Below, one piece after another: positions 25,615-37,276 of a stretch of DNA of 64,000 bases. Position 1 is the stretch's first letter. Every line of letters starts with the position of its first letter. The notes below the pieces were generated by a model. The model saw nothing but the letters and a program-made list of their open reading frames with translations, did not search any database and had not been told where the DNA came from. The position numbers and the translations under genes are program-made. The stretch spans positions 372,001-436,000 of the forward strand of contig NW_026948140.1 in NCBI RefSeq assembly GCF_963921235.1. The letters are read 5' to 3'. Origin of the DNA: Mobula hypostoma. Its lineage: Eukaryota.

Positions 25615-27386
25615 AAGGATGACAGGAGTGAAGGTAGGACCGATTAGCAATAAAGGTGGGAAGATGTGCCTGGAGGCTGTGGAAGTGAGCGAGGTCCTCA
25701 ATGAATACTTCTCTTCAGTATTCACCATTGAGAGGGAACTTGATGATGGTGAGGACAATATGAGTGAGGTTGGTGTTCTGGAGCATGTTGATATTAAGGA
25801 AGAGGAGGTGTTGGAGTTGTTAAAATACTTTAGGACAGGTAAGTCCCCGGGGCCTGACGGAATATTCCCCAGGCCGCTCCACAAGGCGAGAGAAGAGATT
25901 GCTGAGCCTCTGGCGAGGATCTTTATGTCCTCGTTGTCCACAAGAATGGTACTGGAGGATTAGAGGAAGGTGAATGTTGTCCCCTTGTTCAAAAAAGGTA
26001 GTAGGGATAGTCCGGGTAATTATAGACCAGTGAGCCTTACGTCTGTGGTGGGAAAGCTGTCGGAAAAGATTCTTAGAGATGGGATCTATAGGCATTTAGA
26101 GAATCATAGTCTGATCAGGGACAGTCAGCATGGCTTTGTGAAGGGCAGATCATGTCTAACAAGCCTGATAGAGTTCTTTGAGGAGGTGACCAGGCATATA
26201 GATGAGGGTAGTGCAGTGGATGTGATCTATATGGATTTTAGTAAGGCATTTGACAACGTTCCACACGGTAGGCTTATTCAGAAAGTTAGAAGGCATGGGA
26301 TCCAGGGAAGTTTGGCCAGGTGGATTCAGAATTAGCTTGCCTGCAGAAGGCAGAGGGTGGTGGTGGAGGGAGTACGTTCAGATTGGAAGATTGTGACTAG
26401 TGGTGTCCCACAAGGATCTGTTCTGGGATCTCTACTTTTCGTGATTTTTATTAACGACCTGGATGTAGGGGTAGAAGGGTGGGTTGGCACAAAGGTTGGT
26501 GATATTGTAGATAGTGTAGAGGATTGTCAAAGTTTGTGGAGAGACATTGATATGATGCGGGAGTGGGCTGAGAAGTGGCAGATGGAGTTCAACCCGGAGA
26601 AGTGTGAGGTGGTACACTTTGGAAGGACCAACTCCAAGGCAGAGTACAAAGTAAATGGCAGGATACTTGGTAGTGTGGAGGAGCAGAGGGATCTCGGGGT
26701 ACATGTTCACAGATCCCTGAAAGTTGTCTCACAGGTGGATAGGGTAGTTAAGAAAGCTTATGGGGTGTTGGCTTTCATAAGTCGAGGGATAGAGTTTAAG
26801 AGTCGCGATGTAATGATGCAGCTCTATAAAACTCTGGTTAGGCCACACTTGGAGTACTGTGTCCAGTTCTGGTCACCTCACTATAGGAAGGATGTGGAAG
26901 CATTGGAAAGGGTACAGAGGAGATTTACCAGGATGCTGCCTGGTTTAGAAAGTATGCATTATGATCAGAGATTAAGGGAGCTAGGGCTTTACTCTTTGGA
27001 GAGAAGGAGGATGAGAGGAGACATGATAGAGGTGTACAAGATAATAAGAGGAATAGATAGAGTGGATACCCAGCACCTCTTCCCCAGGGCACCACTGCTC
27101 AATACAAGAGGATATGGCTTTAAGGTAAGGGGTGGGAAGTTCAAGGGGGATATTAGAGAAAGATTTTTTACTCAGAGAGTGGTTGATGCGTGGAATGCAC
27201 TGCCTGAGTCAGTGGTGGAGGCAGATACACTAGTGAAGTTTAAGAGACTACTAGACAGGTATATGGAGGAATTTAATGTGGGGGCTTATATGAGAGGCAG
27301 GGTTTGAGGGTCGGCACAACGTTGTGGGCCAAAGGGCCTGTACAGTGCTTTACTATTCTATGTCTATGTCTATGTCTATGTCTATA
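25615..27386 (+). mobile_element. CR1, RT region to (TCTATG)n tail
   Basis: ORFs 25619..27307; the FADD codons are removed by a short deletion (WVG-TKVG). Confidence 0.95.
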
Positions 27387-27387
27387 C

Positions 27388-28317
27388 TGTAAGCTTTCAC
27401 TACTAATGCAATGGTTTCTCTGTAGCAGCAACGTTTGGGTTATGACGAGATAACGGGGCTTTGGAATGTGGAGCTATCCAATGAGAGGAATGTTGTTCTT
27501 TCTTAGTGAAACGTATAAAATTCTAAAGGGATTGGACAGGCTAGATGCAGGAAGATTGTTCCCGATTTTGGGGAAGTTCAGAACGAGGGGTCACAGTTTA
27601 AGGATAAAGGGGAAGCTTTTTAGGACTGAAATGAGGAAAAACTTCTTCACACAGAGAGTGGTGAATCTGTGGAATTCTCTGCCACAGGAAACAGTTGAGG
27701 CCAGTTCATTGGAATATTTAAGAGGGATTTAGATATGGCCCTTGTGGCTAAAGGGATCAGTGGGTATGGAGGGAAGGCTGGTACAGGGTTCTGAGTGGGA
27801 TGATCAGCCATGATAATACTGAATGGCGGTGCAGGCTCGCTCGAAGGACTGAATGGCCTACTCCTGCACCTATTTTCTATGTTTCTATGTTTCTATGTGG
27901 GTCTGGGAGCAGGGATTAAATGGCCTTTTGCTGGGGGGAGATGAGGAGAGAAGATGCGAGTGGAGAGAGTTGGTAGACTACCAGACAGAGTGGACATGGA
28001 GCAAGGGTCCGAAGGTCAGCGATGCTCTGAGGAGGTCGATGGTGGACAAACAGCTTATCAGTGAGTTCCAGCATTGCACATTAGACCGTTTCATGAGAAT
28101 GGGCCCTTTTCTTTTTTCATTTCTTTACTAACCGTATAGTCAAATTAAGCATTATAAAGCTCAATTGTTTAATCGCATATACTGTTTGTTATTTTGTGGT
28201 ACTGATTTGTAACAGGGGACACCGCGCAGTATCCACCCAAGCAAGATTTCTTAAGTTTGGCCGGGCTGAGGCCTGCCCTCCCCTAGATTAAGCCAACTAG
28301 CTGAACCGAGAGTTACA
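27388..28317 (+). repeat. Solo LTR (~540 bp net) interrupted by a CR1 3' end
   Basis: Termini TGTAA…TTACA; second partial copy at 1762-2130; no internal coding region; TSD not clean. Confidence 0.78.
27507..27897 (+). mobile_element. Young CR1 3' end inserted into the solo LTR
   Basis: ETYKILKGLDRLDAGRLF… and (TTTCTATG)n tail. Confidence 0.92.
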
Positions 28318-28539
28318 GACGTTAAGAGCAAAAGGATTGCAAGGGACAAAACTGGTCCTCTGGAAGAACAGAATGGTAATTATGCATGGAGCCAAGACAT
28401 GGGGGAAATCTTAAATTAATTTTTTGCATCTGTATTTACTTGGGAGATAGAAACTGAATCAACAGAATTCAGGCAAAACAGCAGGGAGGTTATTCCCCCG
28501 ACAAGGGGGAATGCCATACTAGATCCAGTATTAGGTAAT

Positions 28540-29835
28540 ATAGAAACATAGAAACATAGAAAATAGGTGCAGGAGTAGGCCATTCGGCCCTTCGAGCCTG
28601 CTCCGCCATTTATTATGATCATGGCTGATCATCCAACTCAGAACCCCGCCCCAGACTTCCCTCCATACCCCCTGACCCCCATAGCCACAAGGGCCATATC
28701 TAACTCCCTCTTAACTATAGCCAATGAACTGGCCTCAACTGTTTCCTGTGGCAGAGAATTCCACAGATTCACCACTCTCTGTGTGAAGAAGTTTTTCCTA
28801 ATCTCGGTCCTAAAAGGCTTCCCCTCTATCCTCAAACTGTGGCCCCTCGTTCTGGACTTCCCCAACATCGGGAACAATCTTCCTGCATCTAGCCTGTCCA
28901 ATCCCTTTAGGATCTTATACGTTTCAATCAGATCCCCCCTCAATCTTCTAAATTCCAACGAGTACAAGCCCAGTTCATCCAGTCTTTCTTCATATGAAAG
29001 TCCTGCCATCCCAGGAATCAATCTGGTGAACCTTCTTTGTACTCCCTCTATGGCAAGGATGTCTTTCCTCAGATTAGGGGACCAAAACTGCACACAATAC
29101 TCCAGGTGTGGTCTCACCAAGGCCTTGTACAACTGCAGTAGTACCTCCCTGCTCCTGTACTCGAATCCTCTCGCTATAAATGCCAGCATACCATTGGCCT
29201 TTTTCACCGCCTGCTGTACCTGCATGCCCACTTTCAATGACTGGTGTATAATGACACCCAGGTCTCGTTGCACCTCCCCTTTTCCTAATCGGCCACCATT
29301 CAGATAATAATCTGTTTTCCTATTTTTGCCACCAAAGTGGATAACTTCACATTTATCCACATTAAATTGCATCTGCCATGAATTTGCCCACTCACCCAAC
29401 CTATCCAAGTCACCCTGCATCTTCTTAGCATCCTCCTCACACCTAACACTGCCACCCAGCTTCGTGTCATCCGCAAACTTGGAGATGCTGCATTTAATTC
29501 CCTCATCCAAGTCATTAATATATATTGTAAACAACTGGGGTCCCAACACTGAGCCTTGCGGTAACCCACTAGTCACCTCCTGCCATTCTGAAAAGGTCCC
29601 GTTTATTCCCACTCTTTGCTTCCTGTCTGCTAACCAATTCTCCACCCACACCAATACCTTACCCCCAACACCGTGTGCTTTAAGTTTGCACACTAATCTC
29701 CTGTGTGGGACCTTGTCAAAAGCCTTTTGAAAATCCAAATATACCACATCCATTGGTTCTCCCCTATCCACTCTACTAGTTACATCCGCAAAAAATTCTA
29801 TGAGATTCGTCAGACATGATTTTCCTTTCACAAAT
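28540..29835 (-). mobile_element. Young CR1 copy with uninterrupted 397-aa RT C-terminal ORF
   Basis: ORF 28638..29831 ([24 protein letters not shown]); CATAGAAA tail; AAT at both junctions. Confidence 0.96.
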
Positions 29836-30685
29836 GAACCGGGTCAGGTCACAGATCTCTCTGTGGGTGAGCATCTGGGGGACAGTGACCACCGCTCCCT
29901 GGCCTTTAGCGTTATCATGGAAAAGGATAGAATCAGAGAGGACAGGAAAATTTTTAATTGAGGAAGGGCAAATTATGAGGCTATAATGCTAGAAATTGCA
30001 GGTGTGAACTGGGATGATGTTTTTGCAGGGAAATGTACTATGGACATGTGGTCGATGTTTAGGGATCTCTTGCAGGATGTCAGGGATAAATTTGTCCCAG
30101 TGAGGAAGATAAAGAATGGTAGGGTGGAGGAACCATGGGTGACAAGTGAGGTGGAAAATCTGGTCATGTGGAAGAAGGCAGAATACATGACTTTTAGGAA
30201 GCAAGGATCAGATGGGTCTATTGAGGAATATAGGGAAGCAAGGAAGGGGCTTAAGAAGGGGCTGAGAAGAGCAAGAAGGGGGCATGAGAAGGCCTTGGCG
30301 AGTAGGGTAAAGGAAAACCCCAAGGCATTCTTCAATTATGTGAAGAACAAAAGGATGACAGGAGTGAAGGTAGGACCGATTAGAGATGAAGGTGGGAAGA
30401 TGTGCCTGGAGGCTGTGGAAGTGAGCGAAGTCCTCAATGAATACTTCTCTTCAGTATTCACCAATGAGAGGGAACTTGATGACAGTGAAGACAATATGAG
30501 TGAGGTTGATGTTCTGGAGCATGTTGATATTAAAGGAGAGGAGGCGTTGGAGTTATTAAAATACATTAGGACGGGTAAGTCCCTGGGGCCGGACGGAATA
30601 TTCCCAAGGCTGCTCCATGAGGCGAGGGAAGAGATTGCTGAGCCTCTTGCTAGGATCTTTATGTCCTCATTGTGCATGGGAATGG

Positions 30686-33600
30686 CTCTATTTTGTTTTG
30701 TAGGTTTTTATAACTAGTTTATGTTAATAATCTCTTTTTTTTTGTTGTTTTGTTTACTCATGGGTCTGGGGTTTATTGCGGTTTTTTATATTTTCTGGCT
30801 TTTATTCTGTTATGTGTTTATTTTAATTGAGTTATCTTTTTTTATTTTTTTACTGTTTTATAATCAGCTGATCTTTTTTATATTTACACGTTTTTTTAGG
30901 GAGCGTATACCGGAAGTCATGGGGTTAGTTTTAGCGCTTGCTTCTTTCGGTCTGGTCTGCGTTAGATTTAGCCATGGGGTCATGGGGTGGGGGGTGATGG
31001 GAGGGGCTTCACGTTTTAGTTTCTTTCTTCTTGGGCTATATACATTATTGAAGTATTGGTTGCGTTCTTCTTCCCGGTTTCTCTTGTATGTTCTGTTCCC
31101 TTTCCGGGTTCGTGGGTCGAGCCTATCGTCAATCCTCCTTGTTGCGGGTTGACTTTAGGGTTTATGGAGTCTATTATTAATTTTGTCTCCTGGAATACTA
31201 ATGGTCTTAATCATCCTATTAAAAGGAAAAAAGTTTTTAAAGTGTTCCGGAGACTTAAAGCACAAATTTTATTTTTACAAGAGACCCATGTGCGGAGGGG
31301 GGACAGACTACGTTTTTTTAAATTCTGGAAGGAACAACAGTTTCATTCGAACTCCAATGCTAAGATTCGAGGCGTCTCTATTTTTATAGACTCCTCAGTT
31401 ACTTTTATACAACATGATATTATTTCTGATCCGAATGGTAGATTTCTATTGGTTAGTGATTTCCTATTTAATAAAAAAGTAGTTTTGGTTAATGTTTGTG
31501 CTCCTAATATGGACTGTCCGGAATTTTATAAATCATTATTTAATCTGTTTCCGAATTTGAATGAGTTTTCATTGATCTGGGGCGGAGATCTTAATACCTG
31601 TTTGTCTCTAGCTTTGGACCATTCGGCTCCTTTACGGACCTTACCTAATAAATCTGCAACTTTGATTAATTCATTCCTTTCTGATTCTGGGTCGACGGAC
31701 ATTTGGTGTTTTTTGCATCCTCAGGAAAAAGATTTTTCTTTTTTTTCACATGTTCATCATTCCTATTCAAGAATTGATTATTTCTTTATTGATTCTCGTC
31801 TTATTTCCTCAGTGATTAAATGTGATTATGACTCTATAACCATTTCGGATCATGCTCCACTTAAGCTTTCTATTAAAATTCTGGCCAATATACAAAATAA
31901 TAGACAATGGCGTTTTAATTCGCTGTTGCTTCAGGACTCGGACTTTGTTAACTTTATGAATGAACAGATTGATCTTTTTTTTTACAATTAACTATACAGA
32001 AGATATTTCTGTCAACATTCTTTGGGACACTTTTAAAGCTTATATTCGTGGTCAGATTATCTCGTATTCTGCTGCTTTGAGGAAGAAGCTGAAGCAGGAG
32101 GAGTTGGTAATTGTGGACAAGATTAAGGAAATTGATAAGAAATATGTTATAGCTCCTTCTGAGGAGTTATATAAACAAAGAACTGAACTTCAAATGGAAC
32201 ACAGTTTATTACTCTCGTCCTCGATTGTAAACCAATTAAAGAAAACAAGAAGTGAATTTTATGTACACAGTGACAAAATTGGTAAACTGTTGGCTAATCA
32301 ATTGAAGCCTAATTATGCTAAATCTCAAATTAATCAGATTTATAACCAAAATGATCGACTGATACTTGATCATGTGGGGATTAATCAAACCTTCTGTGAT
32401 TTTTACTCTTCCTTATATCAATCAGAGTCTCCTCGAGATTCTAAATATATGAATGATTTTTTAGATAATTTAGACTTCCCTGAGATTTCACAGGATACGT
32501 CTTCTATGTTAGATACTCCCATTACCATGGATGAGATTAAGAATGTTATTTTCTCTATGAATTTGGGGAAAGCTCCTGGCCCTGATGGGTTTACCATAGA
32601 ATTTTATAAATGTTTTGCTCCTTCATTAATCCCTTGGCTCTGTAGGGTTTTTGAGGCTTCATTGAAACTTGGTAAACTTCCTGAATATTTCAATAGAGCG
32701 TCAATTTCTCTAATATTAAAGAAGGATAAAGATCCTGCTCAATGTGCATCTTATAGACCAATATCTTTATTAAATGTTGATTCTAAAGTTTTTTCTAAGT
32801 TATTAGCAAATAGATTAGAAAAAGTACTTCCTTCTATTATTTCGGAAGACCAAACGGGTTTTATTAAAGGTCGTTACTCTTTTTATAATATTCGTACACT
32901 GTTAAATATCGTTTATACTCCCTCACAAAATGTCCCTGAGTGTGTTATCTCTTCAGATGCTGAGAAAGCTTTTGATAGAGTAGAATGGCCTTATTTATTT
33001 AAGGTGCTTGAAATGTTTAATTTTAGCTCGAAATTTATATCCTGGATTAAACTGTTATATCATTCTCCTGTGGCCTCGGTCCGTACTAACTCTTTAAGTT
33101 CACCTTTTTTCCCTCTTTTTCGAGGTACTCGACAAGGTTGTCCTCTTAGTCCCTTATTATTTGATATTGTATTAGAACCTCTTGCAATTGCCATTTGAGA
33201 ATCTCCAAATATTACTGGGATAACTCGGGGCTTAAAGTCCCATAAATTATCACTCTATGCTGATGATTTACTTTTATATATTTCTAATCCTCAAAAATTC
33301 ATCCCGGCTGTTTTAGAGCTATTAGTACAATTTGGTCTTTTTTCAGGTTATAACTTAAATCTTAGTAAGAATGAACTCTTTCCGATTAATAAACAACTTC
33401 CCTTATATTATAAATTTCCATTTAAATTGATTAATAATTACTTTTCATATCTTGGGATTAAAATTACTTGTAAATACAAAGATTTATTTAAGACTAACTT
33501 TTTACCATTAATAGACCATATTATTCAACTTTCATCTAAATGGTTTCCTTTATATTTAACTTTGATTGGTCGTATTAATGCAGTTAAGATGTTTTTTTTG

Positions 33601-35243
33601 CCAACATTTTTATATATATTTCAGGCATTACCAATCTTTGTTCCAAAATCTTTTTTTGACAAAGTTGACTCTAAAATTTCTTCATTTATTTGGCAGAATA
33701 AAAACCCGAGACTGGGTAAAATACATTTACAGAAAGCTAAGAGAGATGGAGGCTTAGCATTACCTAACTTTAGATTTTATTATTGGGCAATTAATATTCG
33801 ACATATGAAATTCTGGTTACTTGACCAGGATATACTATCCATTCCTAAATGGGTAGCATTGGAATTACAATCTGTTCAGGGTTTTACACTTGGCTCTATT
33901 TTAGGTTCCTCTCTTCCTTTTGATTTGAAACGCCTTAAACAGGTGTCTAACCCGATAGTTAAATATACCTTACGTATTTGGTTTCAATTCAGAAAATTTT
34001 TTGATCTTAATCAATTTGGGTTAGCGATTCCTATTTTAGGTAACATATTTTTTCCTCCCTCTTTTACGGATCGTGCTTTTCAAATTTGGAAGACTAAGGG
34101 TATTTCACGGTTTTTGGATTTATTTTCAGATGGTTACCTTATGTCTTTTGAACAATTATCTAATAAATATAACTTATCAAGAATACATTTTTTTAGATAT
34201 CTACAAGTTAGAAATTTCCTAAGTACTATACTTTCTTCCTTTCCAATGCTTCCTCCTACATACATCGGCTATGATTTATAATATTATTATGAAACTTAGG
34301 AAAGCTCCATTTGATAAGATTAGGGTAGATTGGGAACAGGAATTGGGGTTTATCATTTCCGTGGATGACTGGGGGCAGATTTTACAATTAGTCAATACTT
34401 CCTCTATCTGTGCTAAACATTCCCTAATTCAATTTAAAGTTGTTCATAGAGCACAGATGTCCAAAGATAAGTTAGCGCCCTTTTATTCTCATATTAATCC
34501 TTTTTGTGATAGATGTCCGGGGCAGATAGCCTCTTTAACTCATATGTTTTGGTCTTGCCCTACTTTAGAAACTTTTTGGAGAGACATTTTTAATATTATC
34601 TCCAAGGTATTGAATATAGATATCTCTCCTCACCCTATTACTGCTATCTTTGGACTACCTAAAATTTCCAGTAATCTTTCCCCTTCAGCCCGTAGAATGA
34701 TTGCATTTCTTACTTTAATGGCGAAAAGATGTATCTTACAACATTGGAAAGAGCTTAATGCTCCTACTACCTTTTTTTGGTTTTCTCAGACGATATTATG
34801 CTTGAATTTGGAGAAAATTAGAAGCAATCTTTATGACTCCTCATTTAAATTTGAACAGACTTGGAGATCTTTTATTCAATATTTTCATTTAATGTAATAT
34901 ATACCCTTCTTGTTTTTTTTTACTGTTTTTAATGGAGGTCGGGATTGAGGACGTGATTTTAAGTTTAACTCTGTTTGGTTTCAAGTTAGCCCATTGCTTT
35001 GCTTTGCTTTTAGTTAGTTGCACGGTGGGTTTTTTTTGGGGGGGGGTTTCCTTTTCTCTATTGATATATATATAAAATTAGTATACTATTATGTTACCTT
35101 GGTATGTTATGTTTAAATTACATTGTTTGTAGTATTTTTTTTGTATTAATTTCTTCTGTAATTTTATTATATTCTAACAGTGTATTAGTGTCTATATGGC
35201 TTACCTTTTTGTATACTTATTCAATAAAAAGATTTAAAAGGAA
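30686..35243 (+). mobile_element. L1-clade LINE (fish type, T-rich sense strand), 5'-truncated upstream of ORF2
   Basis: Sharp drop in GC; 8-bp TSD GGGAATGG at 30678-30685 and 35244-35251; AATAAA at 35223 and short A-rich tail; no ORF1 seen. Confidence 0.95.
31164..34897 (+). pseudogene. L1 ORF2 (APE-RT-CCHC) with a few disruptions
   Basis: SWNTNGLN, FLQETH, GGDLN, SRIDY, SDH; KAPGPDG, DAEKAFD, RQGCPLSP, YADD (33256-33267); CDRC…THMFWSC; frameshift near 31980, stop at 33196, further breaks near 33300 and 34270. Confidence 0.93.
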
Positions 35244-36784
35244 GGGAATGGTACCGGAGGATTGGAGGGAGGCGAATGTTGTCCCCTTGTTCAAAAAACG
35301 TAGTAGGGTTAGTCTGGGTAATTATAGAGCAGTGAGCCTTACGTCTGTGGTGGGAAAGCTGTTGGAAAAGATTCTTAGAGATAGGATCTCTGGGCATTAG
35401 AGGATCATGGTCTGATCAGGGACAGTCAGCATGGCTTTGTGAAGGGCAGATCGTGTCTAACAAGCCTGATAGAGTTCTTTGAGGAGGTGAACAGGCATAT
35501 AGATGAGGGTAGCGCAGTGGATGTGGTCTATATGGATTTTAGTAAGGCATTTGACAAGGTTCCACATGGTAGGCTTATTCAGAAAGTCAGAAGGCATGGG
35601 ATCCAGGGAAGTTTGGCCAGGTGGATTCAGAATTGGCTTGCCCGCAGAAAGCAGAGGGTCGTGGTGGAGGGAGTACATTCGAATTGGATGGTTGTGACTG
35701 GTGGTGTCTCACAAAGATTGGTCTGGGACCTCTACTTTTCATGATTTTTATTAACAATCTGGATGTTGGGGTAGAAGGGTGGGTTGGCAAGTTTGCAGAC
35801 AACACAAAGGTTGGTGGTATTGTAGATAGTGTAGAGGATTGTCAAAGATTGCAGAGAGACATTGATAGGATGCAGACGTGGGCCGGGAAGTGGCAGATAG
35901 AGTTCAACCCGGAGAAGTGTGAGGTGCTACACTTTGGAAGGACAAACTCCAAGGCAGAGTACAAAGTAAATGGCAGGATACTTGGTAGTGTGGAGGAGCA
36001 GAGGGATCTGGGGGTAAATGTCCACAGATCTCTGAAAGTTGCCTCACTGGTAGATAGGGTAGTTAAGAAAGCTTATGGGGTGTTAGTTTTCATAAGTCGA
36101 GAAATAGAGTTTAAGAGTCGCGAGGTAAAGATGTGGCTCTATAAAACTCTGGTTAGGCCACACTTGGAGTACTGAGTCCAGTTCTGGTCGCCTCACTATA
36201 GCAAGGATGTGGAAGCATTGGAAAGGGTACAGAGGAGATTTACCAGGATGCTGCCTGGTTTAGAGTATGCATTATGATCAGAGATTAAGGGAGCTAGGGC
36301 TTTACTCTCCGGAGAGAGGGAGAATGAGAGGAGACATGATAGAGGTATACAAGATAATAAGAGGAATAGATAGAGTGGATAGCCAGCGCCTCTTCCCCAG
36401 GGCACCACTGCTCAATACAAGAGGACATGGCTTTAAGGTAAGGGGTGGGAAGTTCAAGGGGGATATTAGAGGAAGGTTTTTTACTCAGAGAGTTGTTGGT
36501 GAGTGGAATGCACTGCCTGGGTCAGTGGTGGAGGTAGATACAGTAGTGAAATTTAAGAGACTACTAGACAGGTATATGGAGGAATTTAAGGTGGGGGATT
36601 ATACGGGAGGCAGGGTTTGAGGGTTGCCACAACATTGTGGGCTGAAGGAGCTGTACTGTGCTGTACTATTCTATGTTCTATGTGCTATGTCATGCACTGT
36701 CTATTGACTACAGAGTAGATAGAGATGTTCACTGTTACTGTCAGTTCCTCACAAGGTGTTCCCTTGACCCTGTGGGAGGCAAGT

Positions 36785-37276
36785 TGTCAGTACCTCCAAC
36801 TAAACTGTCTTTTTGTGTGTTTCCCCCTAGCTGTCAGTCTGTGGTTTCGTATTGCTATGTGCTCCTGTCCCCACTCCTGCTCTACTCTGGCCTCTGCATT
36901 ACTGAGTACTGTGTCTCTCATCTGTTTCTCATTATTACCTGTATTGCTGCCACCTGTGTCTCATTGTGCTCCACCTATCATCTGCCTCTCTGTATATGGC
37001 TCAGTGTATTTCAGTCCTGTGTTTTCACCTGTTTGTTTCCAGATTGGGCCAGTGAATTTTCCTGAGCCTTTCCAGCATTCATATCTGTACTCTGTCTGTC
37101 TGAATATCGACTCTGCCTATTTCCAGATTTTGGTTTTTGTATTTCTCTGGATGTTTTAATCTCTGCCTGAACTTCGACGTTGACTTTGTTTGCATCTCGG
37201 GATTTGTTACTCAATTAATATCACTGTGTGCACAGTACTAGGTCTGCGATTGGATCCCTGCTTCAGTGCCCTGACA
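36785..37276 (+). repeat. 5' LTR
   Basis: TGTCAG…CTGACA termini; colinear with 38719-39044 + 40560-40727. Confidence 0.93.

Larger units (their letters stand above)
28485..36690 (+). mobile_element. CR1 in three pieces (28485-28539, 29836-30685, 35244-36690)
   Basis: LD.VLGN / EPGQVTDLSVGEHLGDSDH rejoin across the young CR1; GGGAATGG rejoin across L1; TTCTATG tail. Confidence 0.92.

Noticed and set aside
28615..29307. Recurrent long antisense ORF (also 60827..61408, 51647..52051) as a conserved antisense gene
   Set aside because: It mirrors the RT frame of near-identical young CR1 copies, so recurrence is expected; it is broken at different places in different copies
30721..31152. 143-aa hydrophobic ORF as a membrane protein or alternative L1 ORF1
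   Set aside because: Phe/Leu/Ile richness follows from T-rich low-complexity sequence upstream of ORF2; no recognisable domain
36658..37214. Cys/Leu-rich ORFs
   Set aside because: They lie within the non-coding, T/C-rich LTR
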